Below, piece by piece: positions 55,489 through 64,000 of a DNA stretch of 64,000 bases. The notes under the pieces were generated by a model. That model searched no databases. It had not been told where the DNA came from and worked only from the letters and a program-made list of their open reading frames with translations. The stretch is from positions 14,568 through 78,567 of the forward strand of contig DATDXE010000015.1 of the NCBI GenBank assembly GCA_036517255.1, written 5' to 3'. Both the position numbers and the translations under genes were made by a program. Within the stretch, counting starts at the first letter, position 1; every line of letters begins with the position of its first letter. Source of the DNA: Minisyncoccota bacterium. GTDB lineage: Bacteria; Patescibacteriota; Minisyncoccia; Phycocordibacterales; WO2-35-19.

Positions 55489-56334
55489 TTATTTCAATTT
55501 CAAGTTCGCGCCATCACTCCCAAAGACAATTCTTCCTTCTGTATCAGTACGCAGGATTTTGACATTATTGTTTTCTAAAATTTTCAAAACTTCAAGAGTA
55601 GGGTGACCATATCTATTTTCTTTCCCAGATGAAATAACTGCGTACTCTGGAGCTACGGCTTTTACAAACAAGTCAGATGTAGAAGTTTTTGAACCATGAT
55701 GCCCTACTTTTAAAATATCAGCATTCAAGTTACTCCCTAAATATATAAGTGCGTTTTCGGTTTTTATAGGAGCATCCCCAGTGAGTAAAAATTCTGTCTC
55801 ACCATATACTAGCCGAGCTACAATAGAAGCGTCGTTGGTTTCCCAATTTGTAACATCACCCACTGGAAAAATAATTTCTAAATTTACTCCAGCACCAAGT
55901 TCCACTACCATTCCCCTCCTAGCTTCTATAAGTGTAGTCGAAGCAATTTTTCTTTTTAGTTCTAAATAGACATTGGTGTCAGTATCGACTCCCGGCTCCA
56001 TAAATAAACTAATTTTATATCTATCAAAAACATCATTAAGTCCTCCCACGTGATCAGCATCGGGATGAGTGGCGATGACAACATCGATAGAACGATCGTA
56101 AAAAGGCATCATTGCGCCAATTTCCCGCAGAATAGATCGCCCCGGCCCACCATCAATAAGCACCTGATTACCGTTAGGTGCCTCGATAAAAATAGCGTCT
56201 CCTTGGCCTATATTCAGAAAAGCTACGGTCAAAATCTTGCTTCTTATTTCTGTCACATATATATAAACAGAAATAACACAAACAAAGAGTAGAAGGGTAA
56301 ATAGAGCTAAACGAATTTTTAATCTGCGGTTCAT
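55489..56334 (-). CDS. ComEC/Rec2 C-terminal metallo-beta-lactamase-fold protein
   Basis: IGQGDA, LIDGG, THPDADHVGG, LTGD, KVGHHGS, NRYGHP. Confidence 0.9.
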   Translation of the reverse strand: MNRRLKIRLALFTLLLFVCVISVYIYVTEIRSKILTVAFLNIGQGDAIFIEAPNGNQVLIDGGPGRSILREIGAMMPFYDRSIDVVIATHPDADHVGGLNDVFDRYKISLFMEPGVDTDTNVYLELKRKIASTTLIEARRGMVVELGAGVNLEIIFPVGDVTNWETNDASIVARLVYGETEFLLTGDAPIKTENALIYLGSNLNADILKVGHHGSKTSTSDLFVKAVAPEYAVISSGKENRYGHPTLEVLKILENNNVKILRTDTEGRIVFGSDGANLKLK

Positions 56335-56391
56335 GTCGTTATGATACAATATCATCATCTATTCCTTAATTTATTCGTTATTTTCTATACC

Positions 56392-56988
56392 ATGACAAAG
56401 TTCGAAGCAAAAAAGTTTAATATTCCAGAATTGAAAGGTATTTCAGCTAAAAGCATAGAGGAACATATCAAACTTTATGAGGGCTATGTGAAGAACGCTA
56501 ACTTAATTTTGGAGCATATAGACGAATTAGGAAAAGACAGCGAGAAATATGCCTACGAGCTCGGAGAAATAAATAGGCGGTTTTCATTCGAATTCAACGG
56601 CATGCGCAATCATGAAATATATTTTGCATCTCTGGAAGGCGGCGGTTCGTCTTGTGTAGATGGTCATCTTCTACACAAAGAGATTGAGAAAACTTGGGGG
56701 TCGTTCGATCTGTTTTTAAATAGATTTAAAGCTATAGCTCTAACTCGTGGAGTCGGTTGGGCGATATTATATTATGATCCACAAACAAAACAATTACTGA
56801 CAGCTTGGATTGACGAGCAACATCTAGGCCAACTCTCTGGCTGCTCGGCTATCCTTGCTCTAGATATGTGGGAACACTCATTCGTATTCGATTACCAACC
56901 TTCAGGAAAGAAAAATTATATAGAAGATTTTTTTGCTAATTTAAATTGGGGTGTGATTGAAAATAATTTCGCTCTCGCCATAGAATAG
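56392..56988 (+). CDS. sod: Fe/Mn superoxide dismutase family protein
   Basis: EEH..YEGYV, NHEIYF, GVGWA, LDMWEHSF. Confidence 0.88.
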   Translation: MTKFEAKKFNIPELKGISAKSIEEHIKLYEGYVKNANLILEHIDELGKDSEKYAYELGEINRRFSFEFNGMRNHEIYFASLEGGGSSCVDGHLLHKEIEKTWGSFDLFLNRFKAIALTRGVGWAILYYDPQTKQLLTAWIDEQHLGQLSGCSAILALDMWEHSFVFDYQPSGKKNYIEDFFANLNWGVIENNFALAIE

Positions 56989-58297
56989 TGAGGTAGATTA
57001 TATAAACTAGAAACACTACCCACAAAGAAACTGTGGATACAGAAACTGCGGCCAAAGGAACAGCAGAAGCAAGTTCCGAAATTTTGATTATAAATTCAAG
57101 AATAAAGTAGGCCGGAAAAGCTAAGATTTTTGAAATAAAGGGAATAAATCCAAAGATCCCTGAAACCCCGGTAAACAACATAGCAAGAGGCACAAGAGGG
57201 AGCACTAAAAGGTTGACCGGCAAAGAAATAATGGAAAATTGACCAGTCATGTAAATGAGAGCCGGCAAGACAAAAATCTGGGTAGAAACGGTAGCTAAAA
57301 ATATTTCCTTAAAAACTTGCTTCCACTTAAGACTAGTTACCTGTATGTGTGAAAGGAAGCTAAATTTACGTTCGATTATGGGTGAAACGACAATAAGTCC
57401 GAATGTGGCCAAGAAAGAAAGTTGGAACGAGGGGTCATAAAAAAGAATCATCGGGTTCCAAAAAACCATGGCGATACCAGCCACAAACAGAGTACGCAGA
57501 GCGAGAACTGGCCGACCCAGGAATCGAGCAAGTATGGCAAGGAGAGCCATTATGGTAGCCCTCAAAACAGTAGCCGAGAAACCCACGATCAGCGCAAAAG
57601 AAAGCATAAGTATGACTGCAATCAAAAGAGAAATTCCTCTCTTGAGATTAGGAAATTTGCCAAGCGAATATAAAACACCGACCAAGATAATAGTCATGTT
57701 ATATCCAGAAAGAACTACGATGTGAATAATGCCCACTCTTCTAAAGATATCGAGTAGCTCATCGCCAAGCGACTGCTTCACACCTATGGTGATACCGAGA
57801 GCCAAAGAGGCGGAAGGTTCGGGTAAAGCATTTTGAATGTTTTTTATAAAACTGTTTTTTATTTTATACAAAAAAGACAAAAATATATTCCCCTCCCCTC
57901 TCGCCAACACTTCGATCAGTGGTCGGAAAGAAACATAACGAATATCATCTTTGGCTAGATAATTTTCATAATCGAACTCTCTTCCTAAATCACTTTCAAA
58001 ATTTTTTGGAAATTCTATTTTGCCTTTAAATTCAATTGCATCGCCATAATTAAACTCAGGAAATCTTTCTGCCGTGATCAAAATTTTATACTCGCCGAAT
58101 CCTTCTTCGGGCTGAAATATATAACGAGTAGTGGTGTCCCGTACATCTGGTTCTGAAACTATTTTCCCCCTGAGTTCAACCTCACTCGCTACGTACTGAT
58201 CGCTTTCCAAATACAGTGGAGGCAAGGAAAAATAATAGCGAACGATAAAAGCAGTGAGGAGAAGTAAGCTAAATAAAATATTTTTCCTTTGAGCCAT
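56936..58297 (-). CDS. comEC: ComEC competence protein, membrane/Competence domain
   Basis: GIIHIVVLSGYN, ATVLRATIM, DPSFQLSFLAT. Confidence 0.9.
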   Translation of the reverse strand: MAQRKNILFSLLLLTAFIVRYYFSLPPLYLESDQYVASEVELRGKIVSEPDVRDTTTRYIFQPEEGFGEYKILITAERFPEFNYGDAIEFKGKIEFPKNFESDLGREFDYENYLAKDDIRYVSFRPLIEVLARGEGNIFLSFLYKIKNSFIKNIQNALPEPSASLALGITIGVKQSLGDELLDIFRRVGIIHIVVLSGYNMTIILVGVLYSLGKFPNLKRGISLLIAVILMLSFALIVGFSATVLRATIMALLAILARFLGRPVLALRTLFVAGIAMVFWNPMILFYDPSFQLSFLATFGLIVVSPIIERKFSFLSHIQVTSLKWKQVFKEIFLATVSTQIFVLPALIYMTGQFSIISLPVNLLVLPLVPLAMLFTGVSGIFGFIPFISKILAFPAYFILEFIIKISELASAVPLAAVSVSTVSLWVVFLVYIIYLTILWRERNYFQSHPNLN

Positions 58298-58853
58298 CGT
58301 AAAGTTGTACATTTATTCCATCCGCAAAATCGGTAGCGATTTTGTCGCATCTATTATTTAACTCATTATCAGCATGGCCCCTGACATGATGCCATTCTAC
58401 TTTTCTTTTTTCCGTTTGTTCTAGAAGTTCCTGCCATAAATCTTTATTCAAAACATCTTTCTTAGCTTTAGTTCTCCAACTATTCTTTAGCCAACCTGAG
58501 ATCCACAAGGTAATACCTTTGATTAAATACTCTGAATCAGAGTGGATTTCTATCTCACCTCGCTCGACATTTTCTGATCCAGAAAGTGCTCGAAGAGCCT
58601 CGATCGCCGCCCGGAGTTCCATCCTGTTATTCGTTGTATGGAGATCCCTTCCTCCTATTTCTTTCACTTTTCCAGCTTCAAAAATAATTGCCGCATATCC
58701 CCCCGGCCCAGGGTTTCCCTTCGACGACCCGTCAGTATAAATAGTGATTTTTTCTATTTTTATTTTTTTATTAGGAAAAATTTCAGCGTATCCAGTTCCT
58801 CTAGAACCAGTGAGCTGTCCATTAAGTCTTTTTTGTCTTTCCTCGTCATTCAT
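58269..58853 (-). CDS. rnhA: ribonuclease HI
   Basis: YTDGSSKGNPGPGG, TTNNRMEL, SDSEY, VRGHA, NNRCD. Confidence 0.95.
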   Translation of the reverse strand: MNDEERQKRLNGQLTGSRGTGYAEIFPNKKIKIEKITIYTDGSSKGNPGPGGYAAIIFEAGKVKEIGGRDLHTTNNRMELRAAIEALRALSGSENVERGEIEIHSDSEYLIKGITLWISGWLKNSWRTKAKKDVLNKDLWQELLEQTEKRKVEWHHVRGHADNELNNRCDKIATDFADGINVQLYDGSKEKYFI

Positions 58854-58880
58854 AAAATAATTTTATCACATGTAAAATAA

Positions 58881-58971
58881 CACCCCCTAGCCCCCTCTTA
58901 ATATAAGAGGGGGTAACCGAGCTCTAGAGTATCGCGCCCCTCTCTTAGAGTAAGAGAGGGGTTGGGTGAGT
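58881..58971. repeat. tandem REP-like hairpins between recJ and rnhA
   Basis: CCCCCTCTTA..TAAGAGGGGG and CCCCTCTCTTA..TAAGAGAGGGG. Confidence 0.7.
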
Positions 58972-58977
58972 TATTTA

Positions 58978-60696
58978 TTATTGAAAAAAATCGACAATAC
59001 GTAGGCGGGTTTCAGTGCGGCCGCCGAAGAAGGATTTTTCGAGGTTGGCAACCAAATTTGTAGCTCGGCCCTCTTGAAGACTGCCGCCATATGAATCGGG
59101 AGTAGAGAAGAAGCTTATGGCCCGCGCGGTGTAAGATCTATCACGCAATAAAACCTCGGTATGTTCTTTAGCTTTACCAAAACTAGAGACTTTTTCAGCG
59201 ACAACATTATTAAAAATGAAAACTGGTTTTTCGTTGCCTATTCCAAAAGGAGCAAGCTTATTTATTTTATCCGCTACTCCGCTATTCACGTCTTTTATTT
59301 TCAATTCCATGTCAACAAAAACTTCTGCGCCTGAAATACTGCGATTGATCGCAGTATTCAAACTAGCGTTTATAATCGCTTCTTCAAGAGTGTGGATCAT
59401 TTCATTACTGACCGAAAAGCCTCCCGACATTTTATGGCCGCCAAACTCGAGAAAATGGCTGCCGACCCGTTCCATCAAAGCGACAAGATCGGTCACTCCT
59501 TCGGAACGACATGACCCTTTTATTTCATCGCTTCCCCCTCGTCCCCAAAGGAAAACTGGCCTATTGTATTCTTCGACTATGGAATTAGCCGCTAGACCAA
59601 GGAGGGAAGGCCGCCACTCGGGGTTACCAAGCACAATCACCGGCTTCTCTCCATAACTCTCAAATCTATGGGCAATATGTTTTTTGGCTTCTTTTACAAT
59701 GCCGGCTACGACACCTTTACGTTCATTATTTATTGAATCGAGATGTTTTGCTATCGCTTCAGCTCTACCTTCATCGCTCTCTACTAAAAGTTCGAAGGCA
59801 TCACGAGGTTTACCCATCCTCGAAGCGGCATTGATACGAGGGGTTATCATAAAAGAAATATCATCTTCAGAAAGGGTAGCTCCGTTCATCCTCAAAATAG
59901 AATACAGTTTTTGCAAGCCTGGGCGACGAGTCTTACGAAGGACTTGTAAGCCGTAATACGATAAGACTCTATTCTCCCCCATAAGAGGCACCATGTCAGA
60001 GAGAGTAGCTAGGCCTACCAAATCAAGCAGCCATTTCTCCTGGCCCGCTTTTAGTAAACTCCTTTTCTTAATTAGAATTGCTTCTATCAATTTCCAAATA
60101 ACGCCAGAGCCACAGAGCACCCGCTCTGGATATTTAGAATCTTTCAATTTTGGGTTTATGATCGCGAATGCATCGGGCAATTCTGAACCTGGCTTGCCCG
60201 ACGAAGCTTTAGCGGAGGCGGGCTCATGGTGATCTGTAATTATCACCTCCATGCCCAACTCTTTAGCCATTGCAACTTCCTTCAAATTCCTAATTCCACA
60301 ATCAACTGTAATTATTAAATTAATGCTTTCTTCTTTAAATCTTTCCATACCTTCTATATTCAAGCCGTATCCTTCGTCATGTCTGTCGGGAATATAATTT
60401 ATAAAATTGCTGAAACCTATTAACTTAAAAAAGTCGTGGAGAAGTGCTCCTCCGGGTATACCATCGGCATCATAATCGCTCCATATAGCTACCTTTTCAC
60501 CTTTATTTATCGCTCTCAATATCCTCTCTACCGCTTTTTCCATATCAGGCAAAAGAAATGGATCGTGCATATGTGCCTCAAAATCAGGCTTTAGGAATTT
60601 CTCCTTTTCTTCTTTGTCCAATATGCCCCTATTATGTAAAAGTTGTTCCACCAAATCATCTGAAACCTTTTCTTTCACGGTATACTTTTTCTGCAT
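58978..60696 (-). CDS. recJ: single-stranded-DNA exonuclease RecJ
   Basis: DYDADG, ITVDCG, TDHH, DMVPL..ENR, PRINAASR, GSCRS, GGH. Confidence 0.95.
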   Translation of the reverse strand: MQKKYTVKEKVSDDLVEQLLHNRGILDKEEKEKFLKPDFEAHMHDPFLLPDMEKAVERILRAINKGEKVAIWSDYDADGIPGGALLHDFFKLIGFSNFINYIPDRHDEGYGLNIEGMERFKEESINLIITVDCGIRNLKEVAMAKELGMEVIITDHHEPASAKASSGKPGSELPDAFAIINPKLKDSKYPERVLCGSGVIWKLIEAILIKKRSLLKAGQEKWLLDLVGLATLSDMVPLMGENRVLSYYGLQVLRKTRRPGLQKLYSILRMNGATLSEDDISFMITPRINAASRMGKPRDAFELLVESDEGRAEAIAKHLDSINNERKGVVAGIVKEAKKHIAHRFESYGEKPVIVLGNPEWRPSLLGLAANSIVEEYNRPVFLWGRGGSDEIKGSCRSEGVTDLVALMERVGSHFLEFGGHKMSGGFSVSNEMIHTLEEAIINASLNTAINRSISGAEVFVDMELKIKDVNSGVADKINKLAPFGIGNEKPVFIFNNVVAEKVSSFGKAKEHTEVLLRDRSYTARAISFFSTPDSYGGSLQEGRATNLVANLEKSFFGGRTETRLRIVDFFQ

Positions 60697-60718
60697 TTCA
60701 GTATCATAGCATTTGTTT

Positions 60719-60760
60719 TCCTCCCCCTGCTAAGGGGGAGGTGCCGAAGGCGGAGGGGGT
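60719..60760. repeat. REP-like hairpin element
   Basis: CTCCCCCT-GCTA-AGGGGGAG followed by GTGCCGAAGGCGGAGGGGG. Confidence 0.6.
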
Positions 60761-60774
60761 GTTATAATTTGACC

Positions 60775-61140
60775 ATGCAAGACTGTATTTTCTGCAAGAT
60801 AGTAAAAAGTGAATTACCTTCATACAAAGTATATGAGGATAATGATTTTTTGGCTTTTTTAGATATTAATCCCCTTTCCCCAGGCCACTGTCAAATAATA
60901 CCAAAAGAACATTGCCGCTGGGTTTGGGATTATCCTGAAGCAGGAAAATATTTTGAGATTGTAAAAAAAATCGCTCTCGCAGAGCAAAAAGCTTTTCAAA
61001 CAGAATCAATATTAGTAAAAATAGACGGGCAAGATGTTCACCACGCTCATATCTGGGTCTACCCCCACCAATCTACCCCAGGAGATGCGAAAGATTTTAA
61101 ACAGAATTTAGAGCTTCTATCCCAGGCAATGTCCCAGTAG
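60775..61140 (+). CDS. HIT family nucleotide hydrolase
   Basis: DCIFCKI; FLDINP..GH; HHAHIW (last His of the triad replaced by Trp). Confidence 0.88.
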   Translation: MQDCIFCKIVKSELPSYKVYEDNDFLAFLDINPLSPGHCQIIPKEHCRWVWDYPEAGKYFEIVKKIALAEQKAFQTESILVKIDGQDVHHAHIWVYPHQSTPGDAKDFKQNLELLSQAMSQ

Positions 61141-62089
61141 CTAGAAAGTCGAGCATGGCACCCCCAGAGGAGGAGACGAAAGTAAATTTATCTTTAATAC
61201 CCAGCTCTTTTATGACAGCCAAAGTATCGCCTCCCCCCACTACTACTTCGGCTTGACCCGAAGCACAAATTTCAGAAAGCATCAGTGCTAATTTTTTAGT
61301 TCCCTCTGTAAGCCCTTCCTCATATTTACCAAGTGGCCCGTTCCAGAGAATAAATTTTGAATTTGTAATTTTTAAGTTTAAAACTTCAAGAGTTTCTTGA
61401 TTGGCATCAAGAGCAGCCACGTCGCCAACAGGCAAATTAATTTTGGGGTTATTTACGAGCTCAGTTTCTGAAGCAGGTTTAGCAATAGCCCCAAGTACAA
61501 AAACCTGATCAGCTACTTTCAAAAATTTTTCAATCAAAGGTATTTTGGTTTCAAATTTTGCCCCTCCCAATATAAATATGAACGGATGCGCTGGACTCAA
61601 AGCTTTTGAAAGATTTTGATACTCCTCCATAAAATAGATACCAGCATACGAAGGCAATAATTTAGGGACACCTATTATAGAAGCGTAGGCTCTGTGTGAC
61701 TCCGAAAAAGCATCATTCACATACAACTCCGCTTTGCTGGCCAATTTTTCAGCAAAATCTTCCTCATTCTTTTTTTCGCCCTCCCATTTTCTTATATTTT
61801 CTAAAACTACAAGTTTTGCCTCTGGAATAGCCTCAAGATCATCACAAAAAACTGCTGGTACTTTACTCCCAAAGTATTCGAAAGCCGGTTTTAAGGACTC
61901 TCCCTCCTTTGTAATATGACTTACGATTAAAATTTTGCCTCCTCTATCTAGAATATAATTTATGGTCGCAAGCGAATTATCTATCCTCTCTGGATCGAGT
62001 ACCTCTCCATCTCGGACTGGCACATTCCAATCGACCCTCAAAAGTACTCTTTTCCCTTCAAAATTTTGTATTTCGGTAATTGATTTCAT
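61097..62089 (-). CDS. pgk: phosphoglycerate kinase (shortened)
   Basis: RVDWNVP, LENIR, VNDAF, LGGAK, WNGPLG, GGGDT, SSGGAML. Confidence 0.93.
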   Translation of the reverse strand: MKSITEIQNFEGKRVLLRVDWNVPVRDGEVLDPERIDNSLATINYILDRGGKILIVSHITKEGESLKPAFEYFGSKVPAVFCDDLEAIPEAKLVVLENIRKWEGEKKNEEDFAEKLASKAELYVNDAFSESHRAYASIIGVPKLLPSYAGIYFMEEYQNLSKALSPAHPFIFILGGAKFETKIPLIEKFLKVADQVFVLGAIAKPASETELVNNPKINLPVGDVAALDANQETLEVLNLKITNSKFILWNGPLGKYEEGLTEGTKKLALMLSEICASGQAEVVVGGGDTLAVIKELGIKDKFTFVSSSGGAMLDFLATGTLPGIEALNSV

Positions 62090-62116
62090 TGATTTTAAAT
62101 ACCTCACCCCAGAACC

Positions 62117-62923
62117 TTACCTTCTTTTCTTTATTTTCAGTTTCTTTTCTTTTTTCTCCTCATCAACAATATTTAAAATTCTGGAAAATTCTTCTACCTC
62201 GAGAGAAGCATGCCCGACGAGAAAACCGACGACATCCCCCTTTTCTATAATATCCCTGGCATTTTCATCCTCCACTGAACCACCATAAATGATACGCGCT
62301 CCCCAACCAAAATCTTTACCGAAAATTTCAGAAAGAGTTTTTCTGATAAAAAGAGCCATCTCATGCATATCAGTACCTGAGAGAGAGTCCTTATAGGAGT
62401 GCCCGATAGCCCATACTGGTTCGTAACAAATGATACAATCCATGATAAATTTCTTTTGCAATCCGGAAAAAGTATTTATGAGTTGAGTTCTTATTTTATT
62501 TAAATAAGCTCCTTCGATATCCCTCTCCTCTTCGCCTATGCAAACAATGGGAGTAATGCCATGGCGCAATGAGTTTTGGATCTTCTCCTTCACTATTTCA
62601 TCCGATTCTCCCATTTCACGCCTCTCCGAATGACCGAGAATAACGTACCTAGTTTTATATTGTTTCAAAGCAAGAGCTGAAACTTCTCCAGTAAACGGAC
62701 CTGAATCCTTTTCATGCGCATTTTGGGCCCCCAAAAACAGGTTTTTGGAAGGTAATAATTTTGATAAGAAGGGAATGTGTATAAAAGAAGGAGCTACTAC
62801 TACTTCCGTTCGCTTCAACTTTTTTGTTTTCCTTTTTATCTTCTGGAAAAGATCCCTCGCCTCTTCCAAACTAGTAGGGTTCATCTTCCAGTTAGCGATA
62901 ATAATATTGCGCTTCTTTATCAT
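62117..62923 (-). CDS. tpiA: triosephosphate isomerase
   Basis: ANWKMN, LGHSERR, YEPVWAIG, YGGSV. Confidence 0.95.
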   Translation of the reverse strand: MIKKRNIIIANWKMNPTSLEEARDLFQKIKRKTKKLKRTEVVVAPSFIHIPFLSKLLPSKNLFLGAQNAHEKDSGPFTGEVSALALKQYKTRYVILGHSERREMGESDEIVKEKIQNSLRHGITPIVCIGEEERDIEGAYLNKIRTQLINTFSGLQKKFIMDCIICYEPVWAIGHSYKDSLSGTDMHEMALFIRKTLSEIFGKDFGWGARIIYGGSVEDENARDIIEKGDVVGFLVGHASLEVEEFSRILNIVDEEKKEKKLKIKKRR

Positions 62924-62994
62924 ACCCTCATGATAGCGCAATAATTTTCAATTACCAATTTTGAAAATTATAAATTGAAAATTGAAAATTCTGG

Positions 62995-64000
62995 TCATAT
63001 TTCTTTCCAACTCAATATTTCATACTGATCAGAGGTGAGGGGGAAAGAAGGTGGTGGACCATAAAGAAGATTGGCATCATAATTGATATTTCTAGTTCCA
63101 TATCCAGTACTATCAGTGTAAGCAAATCCATAACGCTGATATGTCGCTATCATTCCATAAAGAGTAATGGTGCTTCTGACATAATTTGAGCCGCAACTAC
63201 TATTGTAGTAATACCTGCCCACTCGACCATTCTGCGACACTATAGCCGCATCAATTATTAAATCATTTTCCGAAACTAGCCCCACATTAAAATTGCCTTG
63301 GGCAATAAGAGCGATAACATCACTACCATTATAGTTAGTATATTTTAAATCATTATTTACTGTAAATTGTGGCCTGTTTGAAGGGTTATCGGGAAACCTG
63401 CCATTTGCGATAGTCGCTCTTGCCGTATTTATCGTCCCTTCAACCCATACATTATCTTCTATGAAAATCAGTCCGTTAGCTGGTATTGCATAGTTACCGA
63501 CAAGTGTTTTGTTATTGATACTCCAAGTGCCCCAGCCAGTTTGAGTAGAACTGCAACCACTTTGAGGATTTATTTGCGAAGTTACAGTGTAAAGATCGAA
63601 AGTGTCATTGGTTTTTAAAATAATTTGATAACCCTGACTACCTGATGCGGCAAAATATCGACCGCTAGCTTGCGCATTTGCTTTTATAGTCGACAGGTCA
63701 CTCGTCAGCCCCACAAAATCGACAGCTGGTACCGGAAACTGTCTGCCTGCTTCGAAGATGTCAGCCCTAGTCGGCACGGGCGTAGTCGGTGGCGCTTCAT
63801 TAGAACGAAAAGTGTCGTTTACTCCACTTCCTGGAGGAGCGTTCACATGGGTATGGACACCAAATTCATTATTACCCGTATGATCAGGATCATCCATGCT
63901 TTGCACTGCTGCAGTCACTGCGTTGTGAGCCAAACCATCGAAACGAAGTCCTTGGTTTACATGTATTGGCCCAAAAACTTCCGTACCCTGACCAAAACGC
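62995..64000 (-). CDS. C-terminal part of a secreted or pilus-associated (PilX-like) protein, open at the window edge
   Basis: Frame stays open to the edge (RFGQGTEVFGPIHVNQGLRFDG); Asn/Thr/Gly-rich beta content; YDANLLYGPPPSFP end. Confidence 0.6.
   Translation of the reverse strand, partial: RFGQGTEVFGPIHVNQGLRFDGLAHNAVTAAVQSMDDPDHTGNNEFGVHTHVNAPPGSGVNDTFRSNEAPPTTPVPTRADIFEAGRQFPVPAVDFVGLTSDLSTIKANAQASGRYFAASGSQGYQIILKTNDTFDLYTVTSQINPQSGCSSTQTGWGTWSINNKTLVGNYAIPANGLIFIEDNVWVEGTINTARATIANGRFPDNPSNRPQFTVNNDLKYTNYNGSDVIALIAQGNFNVGLVSENDLIIDAAIVSQNGRVGRYYYNSSCGSNYVRSTITLYGMIATYQRYGFAYTDSTGYGTRNINYDANLLYGPPPSFPLTSDQYEILSWKEI

Noticed and set aside
1-64000. CRISPR array, diversity-generating retroelement or prophage
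   Set aside because: No regularly spaced direct repeats, reverse transcriptase, template/variable repeat pair or phage genes were seen.

Overview
AT-rich bacterial chromosome segment, most likely Patescibacteria/CPR (Parcubacteria-like). This is inferred from the 16S signatures, the intron-containing unlinked 16S, the split ComEC, the VirD4-like ATPase and the dispersed palindromic repeats. Contents: a ~26 kb surface-glycan locus (GT2/GT4/GT-C glycosyltransferases, methyltransferases, a sugar aminotransferase, epimerases, asnB) with a DinJ/YafQ-type toxin-antitoxin pair; tRNA-Ile; a 16S rRNA gene carrying a group IIC-like intron with a LAGLIDADG ORF plus further insertions; secDF; the str/S10/spc ribosomal cluster; comEC, sod, rnhA, recJ, pgk and tpiA. 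Main observation: the window has two gene-expression grammars. The 16S rRNA has no CCUCC anti-Shine-Dalgarno, and the resident genes inspected are SD-less, many of them leaderless (-10 box, 6 nt, ATG). In contrast, eight stand-alone, mostly GC-richer single-gene cassettes each have a sigma70-type promoter, a Shine-Dalgarno sequence and their own terminator. Three of them encode PEP-CTERM surface proteins inserted between rplB and rpsS. Hypothesis (inference, untested): these cassettes are tuned for translation by a host ribosome rather than by the organism's own ribosome.
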